Assembly: GCA_015064805.1 (NCBI GenBank)
Contig: SVRN01000006.1
Span: 16,216 to 80,215 of the forward strand
Reading direction: 5' to 3'
Source of the DNA: Oscillospiraceae bacterium
GTDB lineage: Bacteria > Bacillota > Clostridia > Oscillospirales > CAG-272
Length of the DNA: 64,000 nt
Every line of letters starts with the position of its first letter. The stretch's first letter is position 1. Under the pieces are notes generated by a model. It was given only the letters and a program-made list of their open reading frames with translations. It did not search any database and was not told the DNA's origin. Both the position numbers and the translations under genes were made by a program. Shown here piece by piece: positions 18,721-27,980 of the stretch.

Positions 18721-19566
18721 TTATACGTTTTGTTCCGTCTTTTTCTGCTTCTTCTTACGAAGTACGACGACGGTCACGAGAACGGCAACCAAAACGGCGG
18801 CACTCGCCACCCAGATCCAGGACCGGGAGGGGGCTTGTTCTTGATCCATTTCTGCCATAATCTCTGCGGCAGTCGTGATACGGAACTCTCCAAACAAAGA
18901 TATCAGCTCTTCAGGGATGTACTTTTTGTTGTTTGAGTTTTCCAACTTCATATAAAAACGCGGTGTCTCTTCGCCGTCCAACATGTAATACCCGCTATAG
19001 CATTGGGTGCCGTATTCGGAGCATTCATACCAAACGTGAACGGAATAGCCGTCGCCCTTGATTACATCATCCGGCTCTTTTTGATACTTATTGAAGGAGG
19101 TCGAATAGTCCCTTTCTTTTGGCGTCCAAAATTGATACGACCCCGCCTTGGTCTGATAGTACAGAGAGTAAGTGGAGACACCCCGCACGGAAGAAGCTAC
19201 GAAGATTTCCTTGAGTTGAATGGTATCCGTATTCTTGGGAACGAGCACCTTTTGATCCGCTATTTGCTCGTAATACTCTATAAATGACTCTCTCGATGAC
19301 CAGTTGGGGTTTCCATTGGTGAGTTCAAAATACAAGTGTCCTAGAGAGTGAAGGTCACATTCCTCATCCAAAGCAGCCACCTCGGCAAGGAATGCATCGT
19401 CGCTCTTTTGGCTGGCATCGTAAAGCCGCTTCAATTCCGCCCATGAGTGAACTTCCATTTGATCACTCAACGGAGTATCCGCTACCACCGTATGCGTAAA
19501 GAATGATGAGCAGAGCAACAACATAGCAAAACACAGACACGCAAATAATTTTATTCTTCTTCTCAT
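18721..19566 (-). CDS. hypothetical secreted/membrane-anchored protein
   Basis: MRRRIKLFACLCFAMLLLCSSFFTHTVVA signal peptide. C-terminal TM plus KKKQKKTEQ tail. GGGAGGAA RBS at 19567-19580 rc. Confidence 0.6.
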   Translation of the reverse strand: MRRRIKLFACLCFAMLLLCSSFFTHTVVADTPLSDQMEVHSWAELKRLYDASQKSDDAFLAEVAALDEECDLHSLGHLYFELTNGNPNWSSRESFIEYYEQIADQKVLVPKNTDTIQLKEIFVASSVRGVSTYSLYYQTKAGSYQFWTPKERDYSTSFNKYQKEPDDVIKGDGYSVHVWYECSEYGTQCYSGYYMLDGEETPRFYMKLENSNNKKYIPEELISLFGEFRITTAAEIMAEMDQEQAPSRSWIWVASAAVLVAVLVTVVVLRKKKQKKTEQNV

Positions 19567-19832
19567 AGCGTTTCCTCCCATTTTTTCGTTACGAATAAAA
19601 AAGCATACGGTCTCCCCATGCAACCGTATGCGCCTATATTTTTGCCGATATTCTATTTTGTAAGCTCGGCAACGCATTGTAGACGGTTGTCAGAACGTTT
19701 CTTTTGGTATTATCATTATACCAAATCCGAAAGAATTTGTCAAGGGAGCGATGCCCGTTTGTATGGCGTTTGGGAGCAAAGCTGTATGTTCGCCGCCGAA
19801 TTGTTAAATTTCTCCCCGCCCCCTTCCCTCCC

Positions 19833-19861
19833 TTGACAGACCGAGGCGAAAGAGGTATAAT
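19833..19861 (+). promoter_or_regulatory. sigmaA-type promoter for the carboxypeptidase/miaA operon
   Basis: TTGACA(19833-19838), 17-nt spacer, TATAAT(19856-19861). Preceded by the C-rich tract CCCCGCCCCCTTCCCTCCC. Confidence 0.55.
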
Positions 19862-19900
19862 ATAAATTGGTTTATTATATTCAGGAAAGGAGGAGACGTC

Positions 19901-20902
19901 ATGTCTGCACGCCGTTTGACACGCTATCAGAAAAGACGGGCACAAAAGGCCGCCAAGGTCGCGCTGGGTGTTTTGGCCGCGCTGATTGTACTGGCCTTTT
20001 TCACGGTCTATTATCTCGACCGCTACTCTCTCCTCCCCTCCCCCGACGCCGAGCTTCACGACAAGGACGACCTCGGTTACATTCCCGTATCCGCCGAGGT
20101 GCTGGACGTTGAGATCGGCGCCAAGCAGGCCTTCGTTTACGATTGCAACCGCGGTGAGATCGTCTATCTCAAGGGCGAGCGTCAGGTGGTCTATCCCGCC
20201 AGCACGACCAAGCTGCTTTCCATTCTCACCGCGCTGGAGCATCTCTCCCCCGACGAGATCATCACCCCCGGTGAGGAGCTGTCGCTGGTCGGCGAGGGCT
20301 CGTCCATTGCGTATATCAATGAAAACCACCGCTTGACGGTGGAAATGCTGATCGAGGGCATGCTTCTGCCCTCGGGCAACGACGCCGCCATGGTACTGGC
20401 CGCCGCGGCGGGCAACCGCATGAGCGACGGTGAGGCCACGGGCAAGGAGGCCGTCGAGGTATTCGTCCGCGGTATGAACGAATACGCCAAGACGCTGGGC
20501 GCCATCGATACCCATTTCACCACGCCCGACGGTCTGGCGGGCGACGATCATTACACGACGCTGGAGGATATGATCCTCATTTGCCGCGCGGCCGCGAGCA
20601 ACGAGCTCATCCGCCGCTACGCGTCTCTTGCCGAGGACCGCGTGACCTACGAAAGCGGACACACCAACACCTGGGTCAACACCAACGTCATGCTCGATCC
20701 CGACAGCGACTACTATCACCCCTCTGTCACGGGACTGAAAACGGGCTCGCTGGATCGCAACTATTGCGTGATCTCCACCGTCGAGCAGGACGGTGCGCGC
20801 TATATCGTCGGCATTTTCGGGGCAAGAGACAAAAACGCCCGTTTTGCCGATACCATTACCATTATCGATCACTTGTTCCAAGGAAAGGAGGTCACACCGT
20901 GA
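19901..20902 (+). CDS. D-alanyl-D-alanine carboxypeptidase (serine-type, PBP5-like), membrane-anchored
   Basis: N-terminal TM anchor, then SxxK (YPASTTKLLS), SxN (LPSGND) and KTG (GLKTG) motifs. AGGAGGAG RBS. Confidence 0.85.
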   Translation: MSARRLTRYQKRRAQKAAKVALGVLAALIVLAFFTVYYLDRYSLLPSPDAELHDKDDLGYIPVSAEVLDVEIGAKQAFVYDCNRGEIVYLKGERQVVYPASTTKLLSILTALEHLSPDEIITPGEELSLVGEGSSIAYINENHRLTVEMLIEGMLLPSGNDAAMVLAAAAGNRMSDGEATGKEAVEVFVRGMNEYAKTLGAIDTHFTTPDGLAGDDHYTTLEDMILICRAAASNELIRRYASLAEDRVTYESGHTNTWVNTNVMLDPDSDYYHPSVTGLKTGSLDRNYCVISTVEQDGARYIVGIFGARDKNARFADTITIIDHLFQGKEVTP

Positions 20903-21789
20903 GCTTTGAACGCAGTGGCATTCTGCTCTCCCCCAAGGCCGTGCTACATACGCCGGGCGCGCTTGGCTATATTCCCACGGCCGACCATCCCTTGGATTTT
21001 GAGCTTGAGACCCCCTTTGCCTTCGTCTACGACGGTGGCCGCGACCGCATCTTATATCAAAAGGGCGGTGATCAGGTCATCTATCCCGCCAGCACCACCA
21101 AGCTGCTGACCATTCTCACCGCGCTTAAGGTGCTCTCACCGCACGAGATCATCCATCCGGGCAACGAGCTGTCCTTGATGGACGAGGATTCCTCCGTGGC
21201 AGGCGTGGACGAGCGTCACGCGCTGACGGTGGAGATGCTGGTGGAAGCCATGCTTCTGCCCTCGGGCAACGACGCCGCCTACGTTCTGGCCGCGGCGGCA
21301 GGCGAGCGCATCAGCGAGGGCGTGGTCTCGGGACGCGATGCCGTTCCTCTTTTCCTTGCCTTCATGCATGAATACGGCCGCTCGATCGGTCTCGTGGGCA
21401 CTCACTTCGTCTGCCCCGACGGTCTGGCGTTCGAGGATCACTATACGACGCAGGAGGACATGATCCTTATTGGTAAGGCGGCCATGCAGTGTCCTCTCAT
21501 CCGCCGCTACGCCTCAACGGCGCGCGACAGCGTGACCTACGCAAGCGGTCACACCGCTACCTGGGTCAACACCAATCCGCTGCTCCGCCCCGACAGCCCC
21601 TGGTACCGCCCTGCGGTCACGGGTCTGAAAACGGGCTATCTGCGGCACAATTCTTGCATTTTGTTATCCGTTGAAGCAAACGGCACCTACTATCTCGTTG
21701 GGCTTTTCGGCGCCGAGGATAGCGACACGCGCTGTGCGGACGCCGTTAAGATCGTGGACGCGCTGACGGGCGGCGAGGTGGCGCTATGA
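20899..21789 (+). CDS. D-alanyl-D-alanine carboxypeptidase paralog lacking N-terminal membrane anchor
   Basis: GTG start at 20899 overlaps the upstream stop (GTGA). RBS AGGAAAGGAGG sits 6 nt upstream. Same ASTTK / LPSGND / GLKTG motifs, about 50% identical to the upstream gene. The ORF-track start at 20581 is an in-frame read-through artefact. Confidence 0.75.
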   Translation: MSFERSGILLSPKAVLHTPGALGYIPTADHPLDFELETPFAFVYDGGRDRILYQKGGDQVIYPASTTKLLTILTALKVLSPHEIIHPGNELSLMDEDSSVAGVDERHALTVEMLVEAMLLPSGNDAAYVLAAAAGERISEGVVSGRDAVPLFLAFMHEYGRSIGLVGTHFVCPDGLAFEDHYTTQEDMILIGKAAMQCPLIRRYASTARDSVTYASGHTATWVNTNPLLRPDSPWYRPAVTGLKTGYLRHNSCILLSVEANGTYYLVGLFGAEDSDTRCADAVKIVDALTGGEVAL

Positions 21790-22769
21790 TAGAGAGAAAA
21801 CTGCCTCTGCTGGCCATCGTCGGCCCGACGGCGGGCGGCAAGACCTCGCTCTCCATCGCGCTGGCCAAGCGCTTGGGCGGCGAGATCATCTCCTGCGACT
21901 CCATGCAGCTGTACCGCGGCATGGACGTAGGCACGGCCAAGCCGACGGCCGAGGAAATGGAGGGCGTCCCCCACCACATGATCGATATCCGCGAGCCCGA
22001 CGAAAGCTACTCCTGCGCCGAATACGTCACCGACGCGCGGGCAATCATTCAAGACGTCACCTCCCGAGGCCTGCTTCCCATTTTGTGCGGCGGTACGGGG
22101 CTGTATCTGGACGGCGTTCTGCTGGGCGGCTCGTTTGAGGACACGCCAAGCGATCCTTCCATCCGTGAACGCTTGCAGGCGATCGCCGAGCAGGAGGACG
22201 GCAAGGACGTTTTGTACGATCGGCTCTGCGAGGTCGACCCCGACAGCGCGTCGGCCATTCATAAAAACAACGTCAAGCGCGTCATTCGCGCGCTTGAGAT
22301 CTACGAGTGCTGCAGCACGCCCAAGAGCGTGCTGGACAAGGCCTCGCGCGAGCGCGGGCTGCTGTATGACGCGACGGTGATCGGTCTGCGCTATCACAGC
22401 CGCGAGCTGCTATATTCACGCATCGATCAGCGCGTGGACCTCATGCTGTCGGACGGGCTGTACGACGAGGTCGTGCGCCTCAAGGCGGCAGGCGTATTCG
22501 AACGCAACGCGACGGCCGCACAGGCCATCGGCTACAAGGAGCTGTTGGGCGTTCTCGACGGCACGGCAACGCTTGCCGAGGCGGTCGACGGGCTCAAGCT
22601 GGCCACCCGCCACTACGCCAAGCGGCAGATGACCTGGTTCTCTGCCAAGCCCTACGTCTCCTGGATCTATGCCGATACCGAGGACGGGCAGATGCGCCCC
22701 TTCGCGGATATTCTCGACGAGGCGATGGACATCGTCACGTCGCGCGGACTGCGGGGTGAGAGCAAATGA
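21786..22769 (+). CDS. miaA: tRNA dimethylallyltransferase
   Basis: LLAIVGPTAGGKTSLSIALAKRLGGEIISCDSMQLYRGMDVGTAKPT is the MiaA P-loop and signature. ATGA overlap with the upstream gene. Confidence 0.95.
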   Translation: MIERKLPLLAIVGPTAGGKTSLSIALAKRLGGEIISCDSMQLYRGMDVGTAKPTAEEMEGVPHHMIDIREPDESYSCAEYVTDARAIIQDVTSRGLLPILCGGTGLYLDGVLLGGSFEDTPSDPSIRERLQAIAEQEDGKDVLYDRLCEVDPDSASAIHKNNVKRVIRALEIYECCSTPKSVLDKASRERGLLYDATVIGLRYHSRELLYSRIDQRVDLMLSDGLYDEVVRLKAAGVFERNATAAQAIGYKELLGVLDGTATLAEAVDGLKLATRHYAKRQMTWFSAKPYVSWIYADTEDGQMRPFADILDEAMDIVTSRGLRGESK

Positions 22770-24079
22770 ACAAAGCCACGCTGAAGCGTTTGTTCGGCTC
22801 GCTTGCCTTTCGCCTTCTGATCGTCGTTCTCATTCTTTACACCGTCTACCATTGCGTAGCCGCCTTTTCCGACCGCGTCGTGACGGACGTCGTGACAAAC
22901 GGCGTCGATCGGACGACGGTATGTGGCGAGGCCGTGATTCTGCGCGACGAAACGGTGCTCGTGGTAAGCGGCGGCAATTATCTTTGCTCCTATCCGCTCG
23001 AAAGCGGCGCCAAGGTCAACGCCGCGACCACGCTGGCCGAGCTGTACGCGACCTACGCCGATGCTGACGAGCGCGCACGGACGCAGGCGGCTCTTCTGGC
23101 ACTTGACCGTCAGATCGCGCTGGCGCAGCGCCTGCCCACGGCAGACACGCTTGCCTCGCTTCCCTCTCTGCAACTCTCGGCACGCGAGCAGCTGCTGCTC
23201 AACAACCACCTGGTATCGGCAGGCTCGGGCATGCAGGCGGTTCGCGACGGCGCGTTTGAATTATTACTGTCCCTGAATCGCATCGGCGCGCTGACGGAGC
23301 AAAACGGCTCATCCGCGGCTTTGCTCGCCTCGCTTCGCGCTGAACGACAAAAGCTGCTTTTATCGGCCGGCTACACCGCGCAGACGGTGACGCTGAAAAA
23401 TCTGGGCAGCGAAAGCACGGGCGGTTACTTCTTTTACGCAGGTGCGGTGGACGGCTATGAGCAGGTCTTCAGCCGCGCGGCGATGGCGGACATGACCGCC
23501 GAGCAATTCGACGCACTGCTTGCGTCCTCGCCTCGTACCTACGGCAACGGCGAGACCGTCATCGGCAAGCTGGTTCACAGCTACGTCTGGAGCATTGCTC
23601 TGCCCGTTTCCTACGACGTGATCGATCGCGTGGAGGAAGGCGAGACGTACGACGTCGTGTTCCGTCAGGAGCACGGCACCACCGTTTCCATGGTGCTCGA
23701 CCGTGTCATTTCGTCCTTGGCCAAGGACAAGGCTGTCCTCGTTCTGTCCACCAACGCCATGCCGCAAGGCTTCGCCTACACCCGCTTTTCGGACGTTGAG
23801 CTGATTCTGGATGAGGTTTCGGGCTATCGCGTACCCGAGACGGCGCTGGCTACGCAAGACGGCCGCGACGGCGTCTACGTGCTGGACGGCGGACGCGTCA
23901 CCTGGCGCGACGTCCGCATCGTCAGCCGCGGCGAGGGCTATGTTCTGGTTTACGCCCCCACCAAGGCCGAGCGCGAGAGCGAAGAGGACGACACTTATCA
24001 TTACGACCGCTATCTCGGCATCCGCGACGTCGTCATCACGGACGGTGACGATCTGTACGACGGAAAATATATCGAATAA
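22766..24079 (+). CDS. hypothetical membrane-anchored protein (possibly HlyD/membrane-fusion-like)
   Basis: 437 aa. N-terminal TM FRLLIVVLILYTVYHCVAAF, a long helical region, and a C-terminal beta-rich segment. ATGA-coupled to miaA. Confidence 0.55.
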   Translation: MNKATLKRLFGSLAFRLLIVVLILYTVYHCVAAFSDRVVTDVVTNGVDRTTVCGEAVILRDETVLVVSGGNYLCSYPLESGAKVNAATTLAELYATYADADERARTQAALLALDRQIALAQRLPTADTLASLPSLQLSAREQLLLNNHLVSAGSGMQAVRDGAFELLLSLNRIGALTEQNGSSAALLASLRAERQKLLLSAGYTAQTVTLKNLGSESTGGYFFYAGAVDGYEQVFSRAAMADMTAEQFDALLASSPRTYGNGETVIGKLVHSYVWSIALPVSYDVIDRVEEGETYDVVFRQEHGTTVSMVLDRVISSLAKDKAVLVLSTNAMPQGFAYTRFSDVELILDEVSGYRVPETALATQDGRDGVYVLDGGRVTWRDVRIVSRGEGYVLVYAPTKAERESEEDDTYHYDRYLGIRDVVITDGDDLYDGKYIE

Positions 24080-24103
24080 AGCCAAAATCAAAGGAGGCAT
24101 TCT

Positions 24104-24820
24104 ATGCCGGATACAACATTACAAGCGCGCGTCGAGGACATTCGCGAGCGCATGCGGGCGGCGGGCGACCACGGTCAGGTCACGCTGATGGCCGCCGTCA
24201 AATACGCCACGGCCGAGCAGATCAACGAGCTGCACGCTACGTGCGGCATCGACGACATCGGGGAAAACCGCGTCCAGCAGCTGCTTGAGCATTACGAAAA
24301 GCTCGCAGACCGCGACAATCTGCGCATCCATTTTATCGGCTCGCTTCAGAAAAACAAGGTCAAGTACATCGTCGACAAGGTGTGCATGATCCACTCGCTC
24401 GACTCCCTCTCACTAGCCGATGAGATCGAAAAGCGCTGTGCCGCCATCGGGCGCGTCATGGATGTTCTGGTCGAGATCAACAGCGGACAAGAAGAGAGCA
24501 AGGGAGGGGTTTTGCCTTGCGAGGTGGAGGAGTTCTGCCAAAAATTGGAAGCATTTCCCCATTTGCGACTGCGCGGATTCATGACAATGGCCCCAAAATG
24601 CGAAAATTTAGCACAATATCGCAAATATTTCGGAGAAACTTATCGCCAGTGTCTTGACATTTGGCAAAAAAAATTAGATAATATATATAGTACGCAAACC
24701 TTGCCTGCCGATACGGCCCCCGTCATCTCCATGGGAATGTCGGGTAGCTTTGAGGCGGCGATTGCAGAGGGTGCCACCATCGTGCGCATCGGCGGAGCGC
24801 TGTTTCGCGACGAGCCCTGA
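24104..24820 (+). CDS. YggS family pyridoxal-phosphate homeostasis protein
   Basis: VTLMAAVKYATAEQI...GIDDIGENRVQQL...HFIGSLQKNKVKYIV matches YggS/PLPBP (alanine-racemase-N fold). AAAGGAGG RBS. Confidence 0.9.
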   Translation: MPDTTLQARVEDIRERMRAAGDHGQVTLMAAVKYATAEQINELHATCGIDDIGENRVQQLLEHYEKLADRDNLRIHFIGSLQKNKVKYIVDKVCMIHSLDSLSLADEIEKRCAAIGRVMDVLVEINSGQEESKGGVLPCEVEEFCQKLEAFPHLRLRGFMTMAPKCENLAQYRKYFGETYRQCLDIWQKKLDNIYSTQTLPADTAPVISMGMSGSFEAAIAEGATIVRIGGALFRDEP

Positions 24821-24873
24821 TCGCACGGTTGACACCCATCGATCCAGAAAACAAAGAAAGAGAGATAACAACT

Positions 24874-25398
24874 ATGGCACTGAATGATCTGTGGAAGAAA
24901 TTTATTAAGGACGATGAGTCCGAAAGCGATGAGAGCGCGACCTACTATCGCCCTCGCAAAAAGGCCACCGCTCCCTCGCTGGTAGACGAGCCCGATGACG
25001 ACGCATTCCGCGCACCCAAAACGAGAACAGGTGCCTCCCGCGTGGCAACGAGCAACGACTACGACGATCTGTCCGACGAGGTTGACGACGTTTACGATGA
25101 CGGCGCGAGCGCAAGCAAGCCTCGCTTCAAGAGAGTCATGGCAACCGATCTGAAGTCGGCTGAGCACGCCATCGACCTGGTTCTGCGCAAGTACGTAGTC
25201 CTCGTCAACACCGAAGGCGTATCGGATGCCAAGCTCGTTCCCTTCCGTTGCTATATCGCAGGCGCCGTTCAGGCCCTGGGCGCACACATCACCCCCTTGG
25301 ATGACGAAAACGTTTTCGTTTCCATCGAGCCGTTTGACGCAACGCCCTACCTCCCCGCTCAGGACGAGACCGAGGAGCTCGAGGACGATTTCATCTGA
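24874..25398 (+). CDS. sepF: cell division protein SepF
   Basis: Acidic N-terminal region plus C-terminal DUF552-like core (KSAEHAIDLVLRKYVVLVNTEGV...FRCYIAGAVQALGAHI). Located between yggS and yggT as in the ylm cluster. Confidence 0.85.
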   Translation: MALNDLWKKFIKDDESESDESATYYRPRKKATAPSLVDEPDDDAFRAPKTRTGASRVATSNDYDDLSDEVDDVYDDGASASKPRFKRVMATDLKSAEHAIDLVLRKYVVLVNTEGVSDAKLVPFRCYIAGAVQALGAHITPLDDENVFVSIEPFDATPYLPAQDETEELEDDFI

Positions 25399-25483
25399 TG
25401 ACAGCTCTCATTTCGCGGCGGTTTCATCACCAAATGGAGCCGCCCGAATTTTTTATTCGCTGATTCTGGCAAAGGAGTTTTTT

Positions 25484-25750
25484 ATGGCAACTGTTTTTGC
25501 TGTTTTTCTTGGCTTATTGCGCACGTTTTTGTATCTGCTCGATCTTGCCATGCTGCTGCGCGCCGTTTTGTCCTGGCTCCCCATCGACGAGGACAATCCC
25601 CTGCTTCACATCGCGTGCATGCTCACCGAGCCCTTCATTTACCCTGTACGCGCGTTGCTTCACCGCTTCGAGCTGTTCCGCAATCTGCCCATTGATATTG
25701 CATTTCTCATCACGTCGGTGCTGATCCTGATCGCGTCGGCCCTCATATAA
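25484..25750 (+). CDS. YggT family membrane protein
   Basis: 88 aa with two TM helices (MATVFAVFLGLLRTFLYLLDLAMLLRAVLSWLP...). AAAGGAG RBS. The ORF-track start at 25226 is an extension. Confidence 0.85.
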   Translation: MATVFAVFLGLLRTFLYLLDLAMLLRAVLSWLPIDEDNPLLHIACMLTEPFIYPVRALLHRFELFRNLPIDIAFLITSVLILIASALI

Positions 25751-25759
25751 GAGGTCGCG

Positions 25760-26584
25760 ATGCAACGGCAACATGATGATCAGCTGGATCGCCTGCTCGC
25801 TCACCTTGACGAGCTGTGCGACCGCGCCGCTCGCGGCACGTTCGTCCACACCTCCTTTCTGACACCTCGTGAGGCCAAGCACGCACGCGCGCAGCTTTGC
25901 CGTCGGGGACAGTGGCACCGCGCACGTGCATGGGGTGGCTATGATGGCGCCGAGCGCGTCGTGCTTTTACTCTTTCCCGACTACGTGTGCGACCTGATCG
26001 ACAAAGACCTATGGCACACGCACCCCGTCAGCGAGCTTTTGATGCTGGCAGGCGAGGAGGATCCCGTCGTCGCCCTTTCGATGCGCGGCAGTGGCTATCG
26101 CACGCTGACGCATCGGGATTTTCTCGGCTCGCTGCTCTCGCTCGGTCTTGAGCGCGAGGTGCTGGGAGACATCGCCATTGACGAGCAGGGCAAGGACGCG
26201 ACCGTCTTTTGCACCACCCGCATAGCTCCGTTCCTTCTGACCTCGGTCGAGCGCATCGGCGGCGACGTCGTTCGGGTACAAAAGACCGTCATCCCCGCGG
26301 ATTTTGACGGCGGCAGACGCTATTTGGCAGTGCGCGATACCATCGCCTCGCCCCGCCTTGATTGTATCGTGGCGGCGCTGTGCAATCTGTCCCGCGAAGT
26401 CGCGCAAACCGCCGTGCGAAACGGGCTGGTTGAGGTGGACTACGATTGTGAGGATCGCCCCGATCATATCGTGGATATTCCCTGCATCGTATCGGTACGA
26501 GGGCATGGGAAATTCGCGCTGCGGTCGTTAGGCTCGCCCAACAGGCGCGGGAGACTTCCGCTCATCGCGGACAAATACGTATAA
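25760..26584 (+). CDS. YlmH-like RNA-binding S4-domain protein
   Basis: 274 aa. C-terminal S4-like region. Positional equivalent of ylmH after yggT. AAGAGG RBS. Confidence 0.75.
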   Translation: MQRQHDDQLDRLLAHLDELCDRAARGTFVHTSFLTPREAKHARAQLCRRGQWHRARAWGGYDGAERVVLLLFPDYVCDLIDKDLWHTHPVSELLMLAGEEDPVVALSMRGSGYRTLTHRDFLGSLLSLGLEREVLGDIAIDEQGKDATVFCTTRIAPFLLTSVERIGGDVVRVQKTVIPADFDGGRRYLAVRDTIASPRLDCIVAALCNLSREVAQTAVRNGLVEVDYDCEDRPDHIVDIPCIVSVRGHGKFALRSLGSPNRRGRLPLIADKYV

Positions 26585-26586
26585 GA

Positions 26587-26630
26587 GATCAAAAATCACG
26601 GTTGGTTATCAACCGTGATTTTTTTGCGGG
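26587..26630 (+). terminator. rho-independent terminator after ylmH-like gene
   Basis: AAAAATCACGGTTG gttat CAACCGTGATTTTTTT. Confidence 0.65.
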
Positions 26631-26639
26631 GGGAATAGT

Positions 26640-27290
26640 TGAAAATTTCACTGCTCACTTCTACGGACGCGCGTACAGCTTCGCGCCGCGCTGTGCGGCG
26701 TTTTTTGTGCCACTTCTTGGTACGCCCCAAGAAGCGGCGGAAGAAAGGCGCCAAAGGGCCTAATGCCCTTTGGATTCCCGCAGCGCGAAAAGGTCGCGGC
26801 GCTCTCGCTCTGCTCATCTTTTCGCGAAAGTAAGCATCTTCAGCGTTTGTGAGCGCGGCTCAAAGAAAGCCACGCTCACGGAAGACATACGCAACGAGCG
26901 AAAGCAAAACCTTTTGCTATCTGCGACGCACCTCGGTTTAACTTGCTTTTCAGCAAAAACGCTTTCACTTCTTTGCCTGCCGCTCGTGGTGACTACACGG
27001 CGAGAGATACAGCGCAAATGTTTATGTCTTTCTCCTTTTCCGCGATGTAGAGCGGCAATGCCAGGAGAGTTCCAAGAGGGAACGTCTTGGCTGACTTTCT
27101 TTGGTACTTTCTTTGTTCAGTGACAAAGAAAGTACACTAATAACCGCACAGCGCGGCGCGAAGCTGTACGCGCGTCCGTAGAAGAAGTTGTTAATAAACC
27201 AGCTCATCCGCCATCTGGCATTGACTTGCACTCTCTTTTCCCTTATAATCAAATCCCTCCCGCAAAGCGTGCCCCTTTGCGCCCTCTTAT
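26640..27290. repeat. intergenic mosaic repeat block (modules D, E, G and FTTCTTTGT palindrome)
   Basis: Shares segments with 39900-40440: CTGCCGCTCGTGGTG, AGAGCGGCAATGCCAGGAGAGTTCCAAGAGGGAACGTC, GTACTTTCTTTGTTCAGTGACAAAGAAAGTAC, and CGCACAGCGCGGCGCGAAGCTGTACGCGCGTCCGTAGAAGAAGTTG. Also GGGCCTAATGCCCTTTGG. Confidence 0.75.
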
Positions 27291-27309
27291 CATCGCAAGG
27301 AGGAATTTT

Positions 27310-27621
27310 ATGAATCAGGAAGACATCATCATCCACCTCACCGCCAACGAGCACGAGATCGGCTCATTGCGCCATCGCGTCAACAAAATGGAAAGTCAGG
27401 TGGATGCCATCAACAAACTGACCGTTTCGGTCAACACCCTCGCGGGTAGCGTGCGTGACCTTCTGGAGGTGCAAAAATCCCAGAACGATCGCCTGTGCCG
27501 TCTGGAGCTTCGCCCCGCGACCGAGGCAAGGGACGCCCGCCGCGAGATCATCCGCGCCGTCGTCAGCACGCTGACGGGGGCCTTGATCGGCGCCGTCATC
27601 ACTGCGCTCACCCATATGTAA
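27310..27621 (+). CDS. XhlA-like (hemolysin XhlA family) small coiled-coil membrane protein
   Basis: 103 aa. N-terminal coiled coil MNQEDIIIHLTANEHEIGSLRHRVNKMESQVDAINKL... with a single C-terminal TM (LTGALIGAVITALTHM). AGGAGG RBS at 27298. Confidence 0.65.
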   Translation: MNQEDIIIHLTANEHEIGSLRHRVNKMESQVDAINKLTVSVNTLAGSVRDLLEVQKSQNDRLCRLELRPATEARDARREIIRAVVSTLTGALIGAVITALTHM

Positions 27622-27631
27622 GGAGGCAAAT

Positions 27632-27943
27632 ATGAAATCGACGTTACAAAAGCTCACCTCGCGCAAATTTTTGCTGTCGGCCATCAGCATGATCGCGGGT
27701 ATCGCCGCGCTGTGCGGTGCGAACGAAACCGTCGTCGCTATCGTCGCGGGCGCGGCCATGACCGTGCTCCCCGCGCTGGTGTATTGCATCACCGAGGGGC
27801 GCATCGACGCCGCATCGGTGCTGGCGGCTAAGCAAGCCGTGGAGGATGCCGCCGACGCACTTGGCGCAAGTGACGCGACGCAGTCTATCATCGACGCGGC
27901 TGGTGATATGCTCGCCGCCATGGGCGAGGATGATACGGAATAA
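27632..27943 (+). CDS. holin-like small membrane protein (two TM helices, acidic C-terminus)
   Basis: 103 aa. TM1 FLLSAISMIAGIAALCGA, TM2 VVAIVAGAAMTVLPALVYCI, then a charged tail = class-II holin topology. AAGGAGG RBS. Immediately follows the XhlA-like gene. Confidence 0.6.
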   Translation: MKSTLQKLTSRKFLLSAISMIAGIAALCGANETVVAIVAGAAMTVLPALVYCITEGRIDAASVLAAKQAVEDAADALGASDATQSIIDAAGDMLAAMGEDDTE

Positions 27944-27952
27944 GCAAAGGGG

Positions 27953-27980
27953 GAAGCCTGCCGGCTTCCCCCGATGTTTA
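27953..27980. terminator. bidirectional terminator hairpin
   Basis: GGGGGAAGCC tgcc GGCTTCCCCC. Confidence 0.55.
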
